A stretch of DNA of 47,466 nucleotides from Octopus bimaculoides (Eukaryota). Shown here piece by piece: positions 46,128-47,466 of this stretch. The position numbers and the translations under genes were made by a program. How positions within the stretch are numbered: the first letter of the stretch is position 1; each line of letters begins with the position of its first letter. The notes below the pieces were generated by a model, which made no database searches, was not told where the DNA came from, and saw only the letters and a program-made list of their open reading frames with translations. The stretch spans positions 33,188,021 through 33,235,486 of the forward strand of contig NC_069004.1 of assembly GCF_001194135.2 (NCBI RefSeq), in the 5' to 3' direction.

Positions 46128-46164
46128 CTTCGTCATTGTCACGTCTGCTTTTCTATGTTTGCAT
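46128..46164 (-). other. PARP2: Candidate PARP2 start-codon exon segment interrupted by an in-frame TAG
   Basis: gagccATG CAA ACA TAG AAA AGC AGA CGT GAC AAT GAC GAA G|gtgagt; the phase-1 donor matches the acceptor at 45040. Confidence 0.4.
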
Positions 46165-47466
46165 GGCTCAGACAAGAGTTTTTCTAGGGCCAGATATCCT
46201 TCCGATCATCAATCCCCAATTGTTTCCAAGTAAGTCAATCCTCTCCCAATTTACTGAACAACAAACAGCTCAGATAAGTTTACACAGAGAACAGGAAACA
46301 AACAACACGACACAAACAGGTCTTTTATTTACACAAGTTGCACAACATGTCAGGACATGTCGATATACCTGCACGGTCAATAGACAAAACAACGCCATTG
46401 TTTACATACACGACACAAGGAAGTACAAGGCTCACTCACACAATCTTTCAGTCATTTGACTATGACCATGCTGGAGCACTGCCTTTGAAGGGTTTCAGCC
46501 AAACTTTTTTAAAACCTGATACGTTTTCTATTATTCTCTTTTCCTGAACTGCTAAGTTATGGGTAGGGCAAACACAAAAACCCTTATCTCTCTCTCTCTA
46601 TTATTCTTTTAACTTCTCATCAACTGGCTCAAAGCCACCTCCCTCAATACTACCTCCACTCCACCTCTGGTCAAGGGGAATTTCTTTTTCGTATCTTACA
46701 AATTACTTGGTGACCCCTACTGGTGTTGGTACCACGATAGAAGCACCCAGCACACTTAGTAAAGTAGTTGGCGTTAGAAAGAGGTATCTAACCATCGAAA
46801 TCATGTCAAAACAGACAATGGGGCTTGACACAGCCCTCTGGCTTGCCAGCTCTTGTCAAACTCATCCAACCCATGCCAGCATAGAAAACGGACATTAAAT
46901 AATTATGGTGATGACTGTGGTAAGAAGCTTGCTTCCCAACCACATGGTTCTGGGTTCAATTCCGCTGTGTGGTACCTTGGGCAAGTGTCTTCTGCTATAG
47001 CCTCAGGCCGACCAAAGCCTTGCGAGTGGATTTGGTAGGCGGAAACTGAAAGAAGCCCATCATGTGTGTGTATGTACATATATATAGCTTTGGATGCGGA
47101 ATCTCACTGAGGAAATGAGAAGGGGCCGAGAGTTGCAGCGATCTGCTGTACTTGAGAAAAAACACACCAAGCCAAGTAGAATCACTGCCGTCCTATAAAT
47201 ACGGCTTGTCTTTCACAGGTACTGGTACCACTTAAAAATGTACTCATACTGGCATTGCACAAATGCACCCATGCCAGTGGCGCATAAAAGGCACCCAGCA
47301 CACTCAGTAAATTGATTGGCGTTAAAAAGGGCATCCAGACATAGAAACCATGCCACAACAGACAACTGGTATCTGGGTATCTGGTCAGCTCTTGTCATCA
47401 AACTGTCCAATCCTTGCCAGCAGAGAAAAAGGATGTTACACGATGATGATAAACTGTATTCACTTT

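Overview
AT-rich, repeat-dense animal genomic DNA. The SINE, LINE-tail and microsatellite content looks like an octopus (coleoid cephalopod) assembly, which is an inference. There are six N gaps. Two convergent multi-exon genes were assembled by hand from GT-AG sites with consistent phases. (1) TBC1D30 (+ strand, Rab-GAP): a DUF4682-type exon at 1932-2096 (its 5' end lies upstream of the window), a candidate alternative first exon at 9800-9935, and nine shared exons from 13571 to the stop at 25010 (1029 aa from ATG 9800). (2) A PARP2-like gene (- strand): 17 exons from 45040 to the stop at 31088, with tandem WWE + WGR + helical + catalytic domains and an intact H-Y-E triad. Introns and the intergenic region hold a decayed DD34E Tc1 transposon, RTE LINE remnants, several tRNA-headed SINE families, hAT- and piggyBac-type MITEs and a solo-LTR-like insert. 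The most interesting observations are the WWE-WWE-PARP2 architecture, an in-frame TAG in the candidate PARP2 start exon (possibly rescued by A-to-I editing), a Tyr-to-Asp change in the PARP D-loop, two minimal hammerhead-ribozyme motifs, a TBC1D30 alternative N-terminus that parallels the human gene, and several long intronic inverted repeats. Repeat boundaries are approximate unless TSDs or TIRs are quoted.
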